From a virus (lineage: Duplodnaviria; Caudoviricetes): a stretch of 26,042 bases of DNA. The notes under the pieces are model-generated. The model searched no databases and had not been told where the DNA came from. It was given only the letters and a program-made list of their open reading frames with translations. Of this stretch, positions 1-9,313 are shown in pieces. The position numbers and the translations under genes are program-made. Each line of letters begins with the position of its first letter. Positions within the stretch are counted from its first letter, which is position 1. The stretch spans positions 1 through 26,042 of the IMG/VR virus record IMGVR_UViG_3300025879_000094; one strand, given 5' to 3'.

Positions 1-1904
1 ACAATTTAACCTTAGATAATATAGCTAAAAGCTGGGACACTAGCGTAAGGGTTAACGGCGTACTAACGCCAAACTATAACGTAGCAAAAGAGCCAGACGG
101 TTTTGGGTACTGGTATCCTGTTATAGACTTTGGCTATAATAACAGCTCACTACATACGATTAAAATAGAGAATTTTGTTCCTTATGTTTACGTAAGAGAA
201 ACTTTTTTAAAATGCTTCGAGGCTTTAGACGAAGGCTATACTATTGAGTCTAATTTTTTCGACTCTAATTTATTTAAGTCTCTAACGTGGGGTTTTGGCG
301 GTGGAGAAAAGACCAGCGTACCCCCTACAGATTTAGCAAAAAGACAAGTTAACTATAGTTTTGACAACTCGTTTACTGACAATTATAACGCCTTAGGGTT
401 TAGCTATAACAATTCTACAAACTACTCTATTTTTTTAGTAAGGCGTTATTTTCTTAGTCAATTTTCAGAGACTTTAATAGCTGACGGTTACGCTCAGTAC
501 GACTCAACAAACAACAGGATAACAATTTTAAAAACTGGTACGTATAATTTAAACCTAAACTATAACTGTTTAGTGGGTTATACCGTGAACACAGGAACGG
601 CTAGCGGTAATTTAAAAATCGTGAGTAGGGTTATTGTAAACGGTAGAGTAAAAGGTACTAGCTCTAGGCTATTCTTTAACAGCCCTAGCGTTAATTTTAA
701 CCAAACTACAAACACAAATTTAAGCCTAAACGCTGGGGACGAAGTATATACAGATTTTTTTATAGAGGGAGTTTTAAACGGCGGAGCGCCTTTTAACATA
801 GATTTAAACTTTAATCTAAACAACTCGTTTAGTCTAGATTTGACTAGTAAAAACGGTTTATATGTAGAAAATGACGTTATCAGCTTACCTAGGTTTTTGC
901 CTAGTATGAAATGTAGCGACTATGTTAAGGCTATTATTACGATGTTTAATTTATACGTGAGTGAGCCAGACGAAAACAACGTAATTAAAGTAGAGCCACT
1001 AGACGACTACTATAGCGGAGAGGTTAACTATACCGAATTAATGGACCACAGCAAAGCTATAAATATTAAGCCTGTAGTAGTAGACTCGGCTAAAAATTAC
1101 TCCTTTAAATTTACTGAGGATAACGACTATTTTAATAGAGAGTATTTAAAGAGCTACGGCGAAAGTTACGGAAATTTCGAGTACACCACAGACAACGAAT
1201 ACAGTAACGAAACTATAGAGTTTAAAGTGCCTTTCGCTCAAACTGTACCTTTTGAAATAGGACCAAAATATATTTTGCCTAAAATGGTAGACAGCGAGGA
1301 CAACGGTGTAACTTTTAAGCCGTACAAGGGTAAGCCTAGAATTTTTTTTAACAATGGTTTAAAAGCTATTTCTGGTAACTGGTCTATTTTAGCCTCGAAC
1401 GGTTTAAACAGCTATACAAGTTACCCTCAAGCTCACCACTCTTTTAACAACCCTCAAAACCCTAGTTTCGATTTAAACTTCGGTAAGCCTTTAAAGGTTT
1501 TATACAATTATAACAATTACAGAAATAACAACCTTTTTAACGGTTACCACAGAGTTAATATTATAGAGCAGACAAGTATAGACGGCAAAATTTTAACGGC
1601 TTACTTTAAATTAAACGAGAACACTATAGGCGATTTTTCTAGCCTAGTTAATATAAACGGCGTTTTGTATAGAAAAAACTCTATTACAGACTATGACGCC
1701 AACGGCTACGAAACAACAAAAGTAGAACTATACAAAGTTTTAGAAACTTCGGAATACAGCACGAGTAACCCAGTTATAGTTTCTACTACTTCGACAAAAA
1801 CGCCAGTTATAAAATCGCCGAAAGGCGTAGGCGGTGGAGTTAAAATTTTACGAGGGGGTAAAAACACGCCTTTAAGGTATAACCCCAAACTTTTACAATT
1901 ATAA
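1..1904 (+). CDS. Large tail (tip/hub-type) structural protein, 5'-truncated by the window edge
   Basis: The frame of the listed 573..1904 ORF stays open back to position 3 (NLTLDNIAKSWDTSVRVNG...YWYPVIDFG...FVPYVYVRE...GYTIESNFF), so GTG 573 is not the true start. The protein is beta-rich, contains DYVKAIITMFNLYV...IKVEPLDDYY and ETTKVELYKV segments that I recognise from Bacteroidota phage tail proteins, and lies in the tail module. Confidence 0.7.
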   Translation, partial: NLTLDNIAKSWDTSVRVNGVLTPNYNVAKEPDGFGYWYPVIDFGYNNSSLHTIKIENFVPYVYVRETFLKCFEALDEGYTIESNFFDSNLFKSLTWGFGGGEKTSVPPTDLAKRQVNYSFDNSFTDNYNALGFSYNNSTNYSIFLVRRYFLSQFSETLIADGYAQYDSTNNRITILKTGTYNLNLNYNCLVGYTVNTGTASGNLKIVSRVIVNGRVKGTSSRLFFNSPSVNFNQTTNTNLSLNAGDEVYTDFFIEGVLNGGAPFNIDLNFNLNNSFSLDLTSKNGLYVENDVISLPRFLPSMKCSDYVKAIITMFNLYVSEPDENNVIKVEPLDDYYSGEVNYTELMDHSKAINIKPVVVDSAKNYSFKFTEDNDYFNREYLKSYGESYGNFEYTTDNEYSNETIEFKVPFAQTVPFEIGPKYILPKMVDSEDNGVTFKPYKGKPRIFFNNGLKAISGNWSILASNGLNSYTSYPQAHHSFNNPQNPSFDLNFGKPLKVLYNYNNYRNNNLFNGYHRVNIIEQTSIDGKILTAYFKLNENTIGDFSSLVNINGVLYRKNSITDYDANGYETTKVELYKVLETSEYSTSNPVIVSTTSTKTPVIKSPKGVGGGVKILRGGKNTPLRYNPKLLQL

Positions 1905-1906
1905 AA

Positions 1907-2776
1907 ATGGAAGAATTTAGACGAATTATTTTAAAAGTTAGCGACATAGAAGGCGCTACAGCAACAATACCAGCAACTAACGACCATACAGACGGTAGCT
2001 GGTTAGATACTGATATTTTCGAGGGCGAGCTATTTCTAAATATTGTAGACAATGTTTTACAAACTAGAACGGCTAGCGGAATTGTAAACGTCTATGAGGC
2101 GGGGGGTAGCTCTGTAAACTGGGGCGACATTATAGGCACTTTATCGGACCAGACGGACCTACAGGACGCGCTAAACTTAAAGGTAAATTATACAGACTTT
2201 GAGAGTCACTCTATACTAGTAAAGCAAAGCGGGGGCAGTAACCCTATAGCTTTAACCGTAGGTACTAACACTTTAGTAGGTCGGACTTCTGGCGGTAGCT
2301 CTGAAATAAACGACCTAAGCGTTTCGGAAGTTAAAACTATGCTTGACTATTTGTTTACAGATTTGACAGACACGCCTAGTAGTTTTTTAGGGAATGGCGG
2401 TAAAACTGTAAAAGTTAATAGCGGAGAAACAGGACTAGAGTTTGTAGAGCCTACAGACACTACTTTAATTCCTACCGAAACGCTAAGCGGTGGTTTTCAT
2501 TATTTAAGCAGTTTTGACGCTAACAAGAATTTAGAAAACGACACCGATACAGACGTTTATATTATGCCAAACGCTATGGAAGGTTTTGAAATTCCAATAG
2601 GTACGCAATTTTTCTTTACTAAAAAATTTGAAAGTTTAAGGTTTGTAGCTTTTGAGTCTGGAGTAACAACAATAAATTCTGTAGACGGTTTACTAGAAAT
2701 GGGGCGTATTAATTGTGGCGCATCCTTGTTAAAGATAGCAGAGGACGAATGGAATTTAATAGGTGAGTTAGTATGA
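1907..2776 (+). CDS. Tail fibre / fibre adaptor protein
   Basis: N-terminal GELFLNIVDNVL attachment-like segment; fibre-type motifs WGDIIGTLSDQTDLQDAL and FTDLTDTPSSFLGNGGKTVKVNSGETGLEF; C-terminal ASLLKIAEDEWNLIGEL module. Overlaps the next gene at ATGA. Confidence 0.65.
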   Translation: MEEFRRIILKVSDIEGATATIPATNDHTDGSWLDTDIFEGELFLNIVDNVLQTRTASGIVNVYEAGGSSVNWGDIIGTLSDQTDLQDALNLKVNYTDFESHSILVKQSGGSNPIALTVGTNTLVGRTSGGSSEINDLSVSEVKTMLDYLFTDLTDTPSSFLGNGGKTVKVNSGETGLEFVEPTDTTLIPTETLSGGFHYLSSFDANKNLENDTDTDVYIMPNAMEGFEIPIGTQFFFTKKFESLRFVAFESGVTTINSVDGLLEMGRINCGASLLKIAEDEWNLIGELV

Positions 2777-4194
2777 TATTAAGAAGAGGAATTTACAGCC
2801 AATATTTAGAAAGTGGAGTAAAAGACGCTTTAAGTTTTGACAGAACTTATCAAGACGGAGTTATAATTGGAACGAATTTTGTAACTGGTGCAAGGACAGT
2901 AAGTTTTTGGGTTAAACCAGTTTACACTACATATAACGGTATGCCACGAGAAACACTATCCGCCCAATATGGTAGTAGTGGGCAAAGGACCTTTTATGTG
3001 GAGTTTCGAGATACTGGAGTATTAAGAGCTTATATTTCAACCAGTACAAGCGGTAATAATTACGCTTTAATAGAGTCAAACGCTGGGCAATATTTTAATG
3101 CTGGGCAATGGTACTACATTACCGTTACTATTGACTCTACAGACAATAAAGCTAAAATTTATGTAGACGGAGTTTTACAAACAAACACAGCAAGTAGTAG
3201 CGTCCCTCTTTCAAGAAGTGGAGCAGTTTTTAACTGGGGTAAATTTGGCTCTTATTCGCCCACAAGTTTAGGAACTTCTATTCAAAAAGGTTTAAATATC
3301 TGGACCGTTAGCAGAAGTGCCTCACAAATTTCCTCAGATATTTCAAGAGTTTGGACTGGCTCAGAAAGTGGATTGAAAGCATACTTTCCGACAAACGAGG
3401 GTAGCGGTAACACTATACAAGATATTAACTCTGTTTATACTGGAACAATAACAACAACAAACACAGATCCGAATTATATTAATAGCGTAATGTGGGTAGA
3501 GGCTCAAATGCCACCTTTACAACCTTACCAAAGAATTAACTTTAATAGCGAGGGAATTTCTAACGATGAATTAAGTATAGGAACGATTGTAAACGGATTT
3601 AGGACTATTTCTTTTTTCTTTACTCCAACAATAGATATAGACTCTGGAACTCCAGCAATGGCTATAGGGACACAAGACGGTACTACTTACAATGTAGGGC
3701 AAATGTTTTTTTGGTTTCAAAATGGAAAACTATATTTTTTAACAAGGTATTCCTCTGGAGCTGTTCAGATAGCAAGTGATGTATTAAGTTTTTCAGCAAA
3801 TATAGAATATCACGTAAGCATAGTTATAAACCCTACAAGTGGTTTTAGAATGGTTTTAGATGCAGTAAGTCAATCTACTACTAATTCACAAACTGGAGTA
3901 AAGCCGACAAATTCACAACCTTTTATTTTTGGAAGAAATAGGGCAAGTTGGTCAAGACCAGAAATAAAAATAAGAAACGTACAAATTTGGTCTAATGCTT
4001 TAACGAATTTAGAAATTGACACCTATAAAAATCAATACCTACCAGCTGGAACTACAAACCTAATAGAAACTTATCATTTTAAAGATGAACAAGGAACGAC
4101 GGTAACTGGCGAGAATGGAAATAACGGTACAATATCAACAAATAACGCTGGGGGGTTAACATACATAGACGAAACAATGAGAGAAATAATATAA
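2773..4194 (+). CDS. Tandem LamG/concanavalin-A-like (pentraxin-like) domain protein, putative receptor-binding/adhesion protein
   Basis: Two diverged repeats: RTVSFWVKP...GQWYYITVT...KIYVDG...LNIWT...GLKAYFPTNEGSG and RTISFFFTP...EYHVSIV...RMVLDA...VQIWSNAL...NLIETYHFKDEQG. Confidence 0.8.
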   Translation: MILRRGIYSQYLESGVKDALSFDRTYQDGVIIGTNFVTGARTVSFWVKPVYTTYNGMPRETLSAQYGSSGQRTFYVEFRDTGVLRAYISTSTSGNNYALIESNAGQYFNAGQWYYITVTIDSTDNKAKIYVDGVLQTNTASSSVPLSRSGAVFNWGKFGSYSPTSLGTSIQKGLNIWTVSRSASQISSDISRVWTGSESGLKAYFPTNEGSGNTIQDINSVYTGTITTTNTDPNYINSVMWVEAQMPPLQPYQRINFNSEGISNDELSIGTIVNGFRTISFFFTPTIDIDSGTPAMAIGTQDGTTYNVGQMFFWFQNGKLYFLTRYSSGAVQIASDVLSFSANIEYHVSIVINPTSGFRMVLDAVSQSTTNSQTGVKPTNSQPFIFGRNRASWSRPEIKIRNVQIWSNALTNLEIDTYKNQYLPAGTTNLIETYHFKDEQGTTVTGENGNNGTISTNNAGGLTYIDETMREII

Positions 4195-4197
4195 GAT

Positions 4198-6276
4198 ATG
4201 GCGGAAACGGTAGCGATAAAATTAGAAGTAGACGGCGGGCAGTCAGTCGATAAAATAAAAAAATTAGAGGAACAAGTCAACGAACTAGAAACGTCCTTTA
4301 ATGATTTAGAAGAGGCTGAAAAGTCACAGAGCCAGAGTTTACAAGAAAATGCAGATAAAAGCGCGCAGTCTTTAGACAAAATAGCTAAACAAAACACGAC
4401 TATAGGCGAGGACACGAGCAAGGTAGCCGAAGGTATGACTAACGGCTATACGGCTTTTTTAGGGGTTAGTACCTTAGTAGGGACGGACCAAGAGCAGTTA
4501 ATTAAAACCTTTGTAAAACTTCAAACCGTACAGCAAACACTAAACGCTGTACAAAAATTTTCTAATGACTTAAAAAAGGAGTCGGCTTTTAGACAGTCAG
4601 CGAGTAACCTAGCTACTAAAATAGGAGTAGGTCTACAGAAAGCCTACGCTTTCGCGGTGGGTACTGGTAGTAAGGCGATGAAAATTTTTCGTCTTGCTTT
4701 AATTTCTACAGGAATAGGAGCGCTAGCTGTAGGTATTGGGCTAATAATTGCTAAATGGGACGACTGGAAGGAAAGTATAATGAAATTTATAAATTTTGCT
4801 TTAGCGCCTGTAATTTGGGGCTTGCAAGCTCTGGGTATTATAGAGTCTGACCTAGAAAAACAAAGGCAAAAAAACGCCGAAAATAATATAAGTCGTTACG
4901 ATAAAGAAATAAGAAATTTAAACGCCAAAGCAAAAGCCGAAGAGGGGCGACTAAAACAAGAGATAGCCCTAGCGCAAGCGAGAGGCGAGAACACAGACAA
5001 ACTACAGGAAAAACTTTTAAAGTCTCAAATAAAAAATACTAAGGACTTAGTAGAACAAGAGCGTAAAAAGTATGTAGACATGAAAAAGCTAGGCGACAAA
5101 TATACACAGGAGCAACTAGACGAACAAAACGTACTGAGAGAAAAATTAAGACAGCAAGCAAAAGACGAAGAGCGAGCGCTACAGCTAGAACGTGTAAAAC
5201 AGGAAGAGGCAAAAAAAGAACAGCGCCGAAAATATGCGGAGCAAAGGAGAAACGAACAAAAAGCCGAAAACGATAAGCTTTTAGCTTTACAAAGATCGCT
5301 AGAGGACTCTATTATAGAAATGGAAAAAGACGCGGACGTAAAAGCTCTAGCTAAATTAGAAGTAAGCCAGCAAAGAGAAAGGGACGCGCTAGTAAAAAAA
5401 TACGGTGAACAGAGTAAACTAGTAAAACTATTAGAAGAGAAACAAGCTAACGAAATGGCTATGTTAATAGACGACATAGAGGCAAAAGCAAAAGAAAAAA
5501 ACGACGAAAAAATAAGGACAGAGGCGCAAGAGTTAGCAGACCTAAAAAAAGAAATAGCAGACGCTGAGGTAAACACTCTAGAAGAGCAAAGACAAAAGGA
5601 ATTTGAGGACCTAGATACTTACTATACCGATTTAATAGATAAGGCTAGAGCCAATAAACAGGACACGCTTAATTTAGAAGAGACTTTTTTAGCAAAACAA
5701 AAAGAGCTAAAAGACAAAAACGCTAAAGAGGACGAAGAGAGGTCTAACCAAGAGACAGAGAAAGCTATAGCGAACATTAAAGCCCAGCAAGGCGCAAGGG
5801 ATGAACTAATAAATAGTATAAGTGGTGGGTTAACAGGGTTAACCTCGTTAATGAAGGACAACGAAAAGAAACAAAAAGCTAGCGCTCTGGTCCAGATAGC
5901 TACAGATACAGCTTTAGCTATTTCGTCACTTGTCGCACAGTCTCAACAAAACGCCTTAAATGGCGTTACTATGGGGGTAGCTGGAGCTGTACAATTTGCT
6001 AGCGGTATTATTTCTATTATGGGTAATATGGCAAAAGCTAAACAGTTACTGAGTGGGGGTAGTGGAGTAACCGCACCGAGTACAAGCGTAGGCGCACCGC
6101 CTACAAACTTAACCAGTACAACTATAGGCGCAAATAACGGTCAAACTGGGGGCGGTAGTGGTTTTGGTGGACCTACAACGCAAAACAATAACGGCGGTAG
6201 AGTCGTATTAGTAGAATCTGAACTAGAGGCAATGCAAGACCGTAGACAGACTACGCAAAGAATTGCCACTATTTAA
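4198..6276 (+). CDS. Tail tape measure protein
   Basis: 692 aa, mostly E/K/Q/A-rich coiled coil; N-terminal AIKLEVDG start; hydrophobic Gly/Ala segments (ALISTGIGALAVGIGLII, GVAGAVQFASGIISIMG); C-terminal VVLVESEL motif. Confidence 0.8.
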   Translation: MAETVAIKLEVDGGQSVDKIKKLEEQVNELETSFNDLEEAEKSQSQSLQENADKSAQSLDKIAKQNTTIGEDTSKVAEGMTNGYTAFLGVSTLVGTDQEQLIKTFVKLQTVQQTLNAVQKFSNDLKKESAFRQSASNLATKIGVGLQKAYAFAVGTGSKAMKIFRLALISTGIGALAVGIGLIIAKWDDWKESIMKFINFALAPVIWGLQALGIIESDLEKQRQKNAENNISRYDKEIRNLNAKAKAEEGRLKQEIALAQARGENTDKLQEKLLKSQIKNTKDLVEQERKKYVDMKKLGDKYTQEQLDEQNVLREKLRQQAKDEERALQLERVKQEEAKKEQRRKYAEQRRNEQKAENDKLLALQRSLEDSIIEMEKDADVKALAKLEVSQQRERDALVKKYGEQSKLVKLLEEKQANEMAMLIDDIEAKAKEKNDEKIRTEAQELADLKKEIADAEVNTLEEQRQKEFEDLDTYYTDLIDKARANKQDTLNLEETFLAKQKELKDKNAKEDEERSNQETEKAIANIKAQQGARDELINSISGGLTGLTSLMKDNEKKQKASALVQIATDTALAISSLVAQSQQNALNGVTMGVAGAVQFASGIISIMGNMAKAKQLLSGGSGVTAPSTSVGAPPTNLTSTTIGANNGQTGGGSGFGGPTTQNNNGGRVVLVESELEAMQDRRQTTQRIATI

Positions 6277-6310
6277 GCTACAAATTAAAAAATAAATAAG
6301 TCTAATAGAT

Positions 6311-7306
6311 ATGTTACCACTTTACAAAATGATATTAACGGAAGAGACGGAAGGGCTAGACTATATAAGTTTAGTTTCTCAGCCAGCTCATTTTAAAGGT
6401 TTCGAATTTTTTAACGGTAAAAGTGAAAGGATAAAACAGCACTTTAACGACGAAAAAAGGATAGTAACAGGCGTAGCTATTGCTGTAGATTTGCCAATTT
6501 ATAGAAGAGACGAACAGCTAGGGGAACACTACGTAGTTTTTAACAAAAAAGAAACTTTAGCAATAGCTCAAAAAATGTTTAAAAATGGGTATATGCACAA
6601 CGTTAACGAAATGCACGACCTTAATAGAAAGGTAAAAGATATTTACCTTTTTGAGTCTTACTTTATAGACGACAAAAGAGGCGTAAAAGCTCCAGACTCT
6701 TTTAAAGGTCAAAACTTAAAAGACGGTAGCTGGATAGTAAGCTATAAGGTAGAGGATGAAAAAACGTGGCAAGACATTAAACAAGGAAAACACGTAGGGT
6801 TTTCTATAGAGGGATATTTTGACAAAAAAATAATAAAAACCAAAAATACAAAAATGAATAAAACTAAAAAAAGCCTTTTCGAAATGGTTTTCGGAAAAGC
6901 TAAATTTGAGACAGCTACAACAGTAGACGGCGTAGAGATCGCGTGGACTGGTGAATTAGCTATAGGAACTGAGGTAAGAATGGTAACAGCTGAGGGCGAA
7001 GTATTAGCACCTGAGGGTATGCACGCAATCGACGGTAAAGTCATTACTTTGGACGGTAACGGTATTGTTACACTAATCGAAGAGATACCAGAGGCTAGCG
7101 AAGAGGCGGTAACTCCAGAAGAGGTAGCGCAAGTAATTGAAGAGGTACAAACTACTTTAATGGCTGAAATTAGAGAATTGAAAAACCAAAACTCTAAGTT
7201 TTCAAAGCAAATTGAAACGTTAGTTTCAGAATTGGACAAAGAAGAAAAAAGAAAATTTAACACAGTTTCAAAGTCTACTAAGACGTGGAGAAACTTTACA
7301 AAATAA
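6311..7306 (+). CDS. Prohead (XkdF-like) serine protease fused to a C-terminal scaffold-like domain
   Basis: ISLVSQPA, EKRIVTG, NEMH, LFESY, GSW and GFSIEG motifs. The C-terminal half (APEGMH...VITLDGNGIVTLI plus an acidic coiled coil) looks like a scaffold. Directly upstream of the capsid gene. Confidence 0.8.
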   Translation: MLPLYKMILTEETEGLDYISLVSQPAHFKGFEFFNGKSERIKQHFNDEKRIVTGVAIAVDLPIYRRDEQLGEHYVVFNKKETLAIAQKMFKNGYMHNVNEMHDLNRKVKDIYLFESYFIDDKRGVKAPDSFKGQNLKDGSWIVSYKVEDEKTWQDIKQGKHVGFSIEGYFDKKIIKTKNTKMNKTKKSLFEMVFGKAKFETATTVDGVEIAWTGELAIGTEVRMVTAEGEVLAPEGMHAIDGKVITLDGNGIVTLIEEIPEASEEAVTPEEVAQVIEEVQTTLMAEIRELKNQNSKFSKQIETLVSELDKEEKRKFNTVSKSTKTWRNFTK

Positions 7307-7317
7307 GACATAAAAAA

Positions 7318-8298
7318 ATGAAAGATTTTAAAACAAGAATTAAGGAAAAATTTGACTATGATATTTCAGCCCTTCCTAGCTACATTAATGAGCAGTCGAG
7401 CGAAATATATGCAGATTTAATTTACAGCTCTGGGCTAACGTCTAGAATTAACGTACTAGAAAACGTAAAAGGTAGCGAAACAATCAAATTGTTAAACTCA
7501 GATTTAGCTCTAGAAAGCGGATCTAATTGCGCTAGCACTTTCGACGAAAACAACGCTATTGTTTTTGACGGAAAAAACCTAGTAACTAGCCGTCTAATGG
7601 TAGGTACTGAATTGTGTAACGACACTTTAGAGGGTACGTGGGCGCAACTTTTATTGTCTATTGGAGCTAACCAGCAAGACAGAGATTTGCCACTAGAGGA
7701 CGTTTTGACGGCTTACTTAGTTAAAATGACTAAAAAGAAAAACCAAGATTTAATGTTTTTGGGAGACGTAGATAGCTTAAACGGTAACCTAAGCCACTAC
7801 GACGGTTTTATTAAGCAATGGGAGGCTGACACGGACGTAGTTAGTGCTAGCTCTACAGAGACAGCTATTACTTCGGCTAACGCTTTCGACTTGGCTAAAT
7901 TAGTTTACGATAACATTAACCCTGTTTTGTTTGATAACGGAGCAAACGTAGAAATTATTACGGGTAGACAAGAGGCTAACGCTATTTTGACTCAAATTTA
8001 CAACGATAAAGATTACAGCGCTAATATCGAAGTAGTAAACGAAGGCTCAGAAATGAGTTTTATTTTACCTACTACAAATATTACAGTTAGAACTTACCCA
8101 CAGCTAAACGGTTTAGGTAAGATGATCGCCTGTCCATATACGTATATGTGGTGGGGAACAGACATTTCTTCGGATTTGGATGGAATTTCTGTGCGCTTTC
8201 TAGAAGAGTCTGAAAAATTGAGGCTAAGAAACTTGTTTAGAAGTGGAGTACAATACGTGTATTCTGACTACTTCGTAAAACTAGTTTTAGGAGCTTAA
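7318..8298 (+). CDS. Major capsid protein
   Basis: Follows the protease/scaffold; about 326 aa. ELCNDTLEGTW and MFLGD...YDGFIK motifs fit HK97-fold capsids of Bacteroidota phages. Start moved from GTG 7285 to ATG 7318, which follows the upstream stop and an A-rich leader. Confidence 0.85.
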   Translation: MKDFKTRIKEKFDYDISALPSYINEQSSEIYADLIYSSGLTSRINVLENVKGSETIKLLNSDLALESGSNCASTFDENNAIVFDGKNLVTSRLMVGTELCNDTLEGTWAQLLLSIGANQQDRDLPLEDVLTAYLVKMTKKKNQDLMFLGDVDSLNGNLSHYDGFIKQWEADTDVVSASSTETAITSANAFDLAKLVYDNINPVLFDNGANVEIITGRQEANAILTQIYNDKDYSANIEVVNEGSEMSFILPTTNITVRTYPQLNGLGKMIACPYTYMWWGTDISSDLDGISVRFLEESEKLRLRNLFRSGVQYVYSDYFVKLVLGA

Positions 8299-8321
8299 TA
8301 TTAATTTTAAAAAAATAACAA

Positions 8322-8831
8322 ATGTGCGAACTTACTAGCGGTTTCACAAAACCAGCCTGTGCCTCTTTCGGAGGCACTAAGTCGCTGGTAGTGATGAATA
8401 CCGAAAACATAGACACTTTAGCGGTTACAAACAACGAGGTTACTACCTTTAGTATTTTAAGCGGTAAAAGTGCTTTTAGAATAACGCCAGATATGGCGAG
8501 TATAGATTTTACAGAAACAGCTACGAGGTCCAGAGAAAATAACAGTTTATTTTTCGCGTCTACGTGTACTTTAATTTTAAAGGACGACTCACAGGCTACT
8601 AGAGATTTAGTAGATTTAATTTCTAAAGGCTTTTTAACTGTTATACAAGAAAAAGAAAACGGCAAAAACGTAGTTTACGGAGCTGTTAACGGTATGGTAG
8701 CAGACACAAGCGCGCTAGCAACAGGTAACAATTACGAGGATATGAACGGCGTAACTATTACTTTAACTGGAAAAGAAAGCTCTATAGCTCCTTCTATTTT
8801 GGTAGCTAATTACCCTACACCTATAGCGTAG
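8322..8831 (+). CDS. Major tail (tube) protein
   Basis: MCELTSG...CASFGG N-terminus and TGNNYEDMNGVTITLTGKE C-terminus, as I recognise from Bacteroidota siphovirus tail tube proteins; 169 aa, beta-rich. Confidence 0.7.
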   Translation: MCELTSGFTKPACASFGGTKSLVVMNTENIDTLAVTNNEVTTFSILSGKSAFRITPDMASIDFTETATRSRENNSLFFASTCTLILKDDSQATRDLVDLISKGFLTVIQEKENGKNVVYGAVNGMVADTSALATGNNYEDMNGVTITLTGKESSIAPSILVANYPTPIA

Positions 8832-8835
8832 GTCT

Positions 8836-9027
8836 ATGAAAATTAAAAAAAAATATATAGGCGGTAAATTCTACTCAAAAACTTTGGGTAGATTTATCCC
8901 TATTACTATTGAGAATATAGAACTCTTTAAACACGAAAATATAAAATACTTATATGTTACTACTCCAAAGGCAAAAGACAAACAAAATAGTAACGTCTCT
9001 GAGTCAAGTAGTGACAGGGCTAGCTAA
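8836..9027 (+). CDS. Small hypothetical protein
   Basis: 63-aa ATG ORF filling the gap between tail tube and the next gene; its 3' end overlaps the next gene by 74 nt. Confidence 0.55.
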   Translation: MKIKKKYIGGKFYSKTLGRFIPITIENIELFKHENIKYLYVTTPKAKDKQNSNVSESSSDRAS

Positions 9028-9313
9028 TTATTATTTATTTTCTTTTTTTCACCAGCAAAAAAGAGAGTATTTTAATTTTTTTATGCCTATTAGCGAGTCT
9101 AGTATTCGGTATGAAATTTTTTTATTATCTTTGCCCGAAACGGTAGACTTACCGAAGGGAAATTACATTTACTCAATTTACGAAAGTGTAGACGAAGAGC
9201 CTACAACAGAGGGTAAATTTTTACTATACAGCGGTAAAGCTGAGGTTTTAACAGACTTTCCAGAGGGTGAGTTTTACGTAGTTAACAGTACAAACCAAAT
9301 TTTATATGCCTAA
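8954..9313 (+). CDS. Hypothetical virion structural protein
   Basis: 119 aa, beta-rich (YYLFSF, GNYIYSIYE, LYSGKAEV); overlaps the portal start. Confidence 0.6.
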   Translation: MLLLQRQKTNKIVTSLSQVVTGLANYYLFSFFHQQKREYFNFFMPISESSIRYEIFLLSLPETVDLPKGNYIYSIYESVDEEPTTEGKFLLYSGKAEVLTDFPEGEFYVVNSTNQILYA

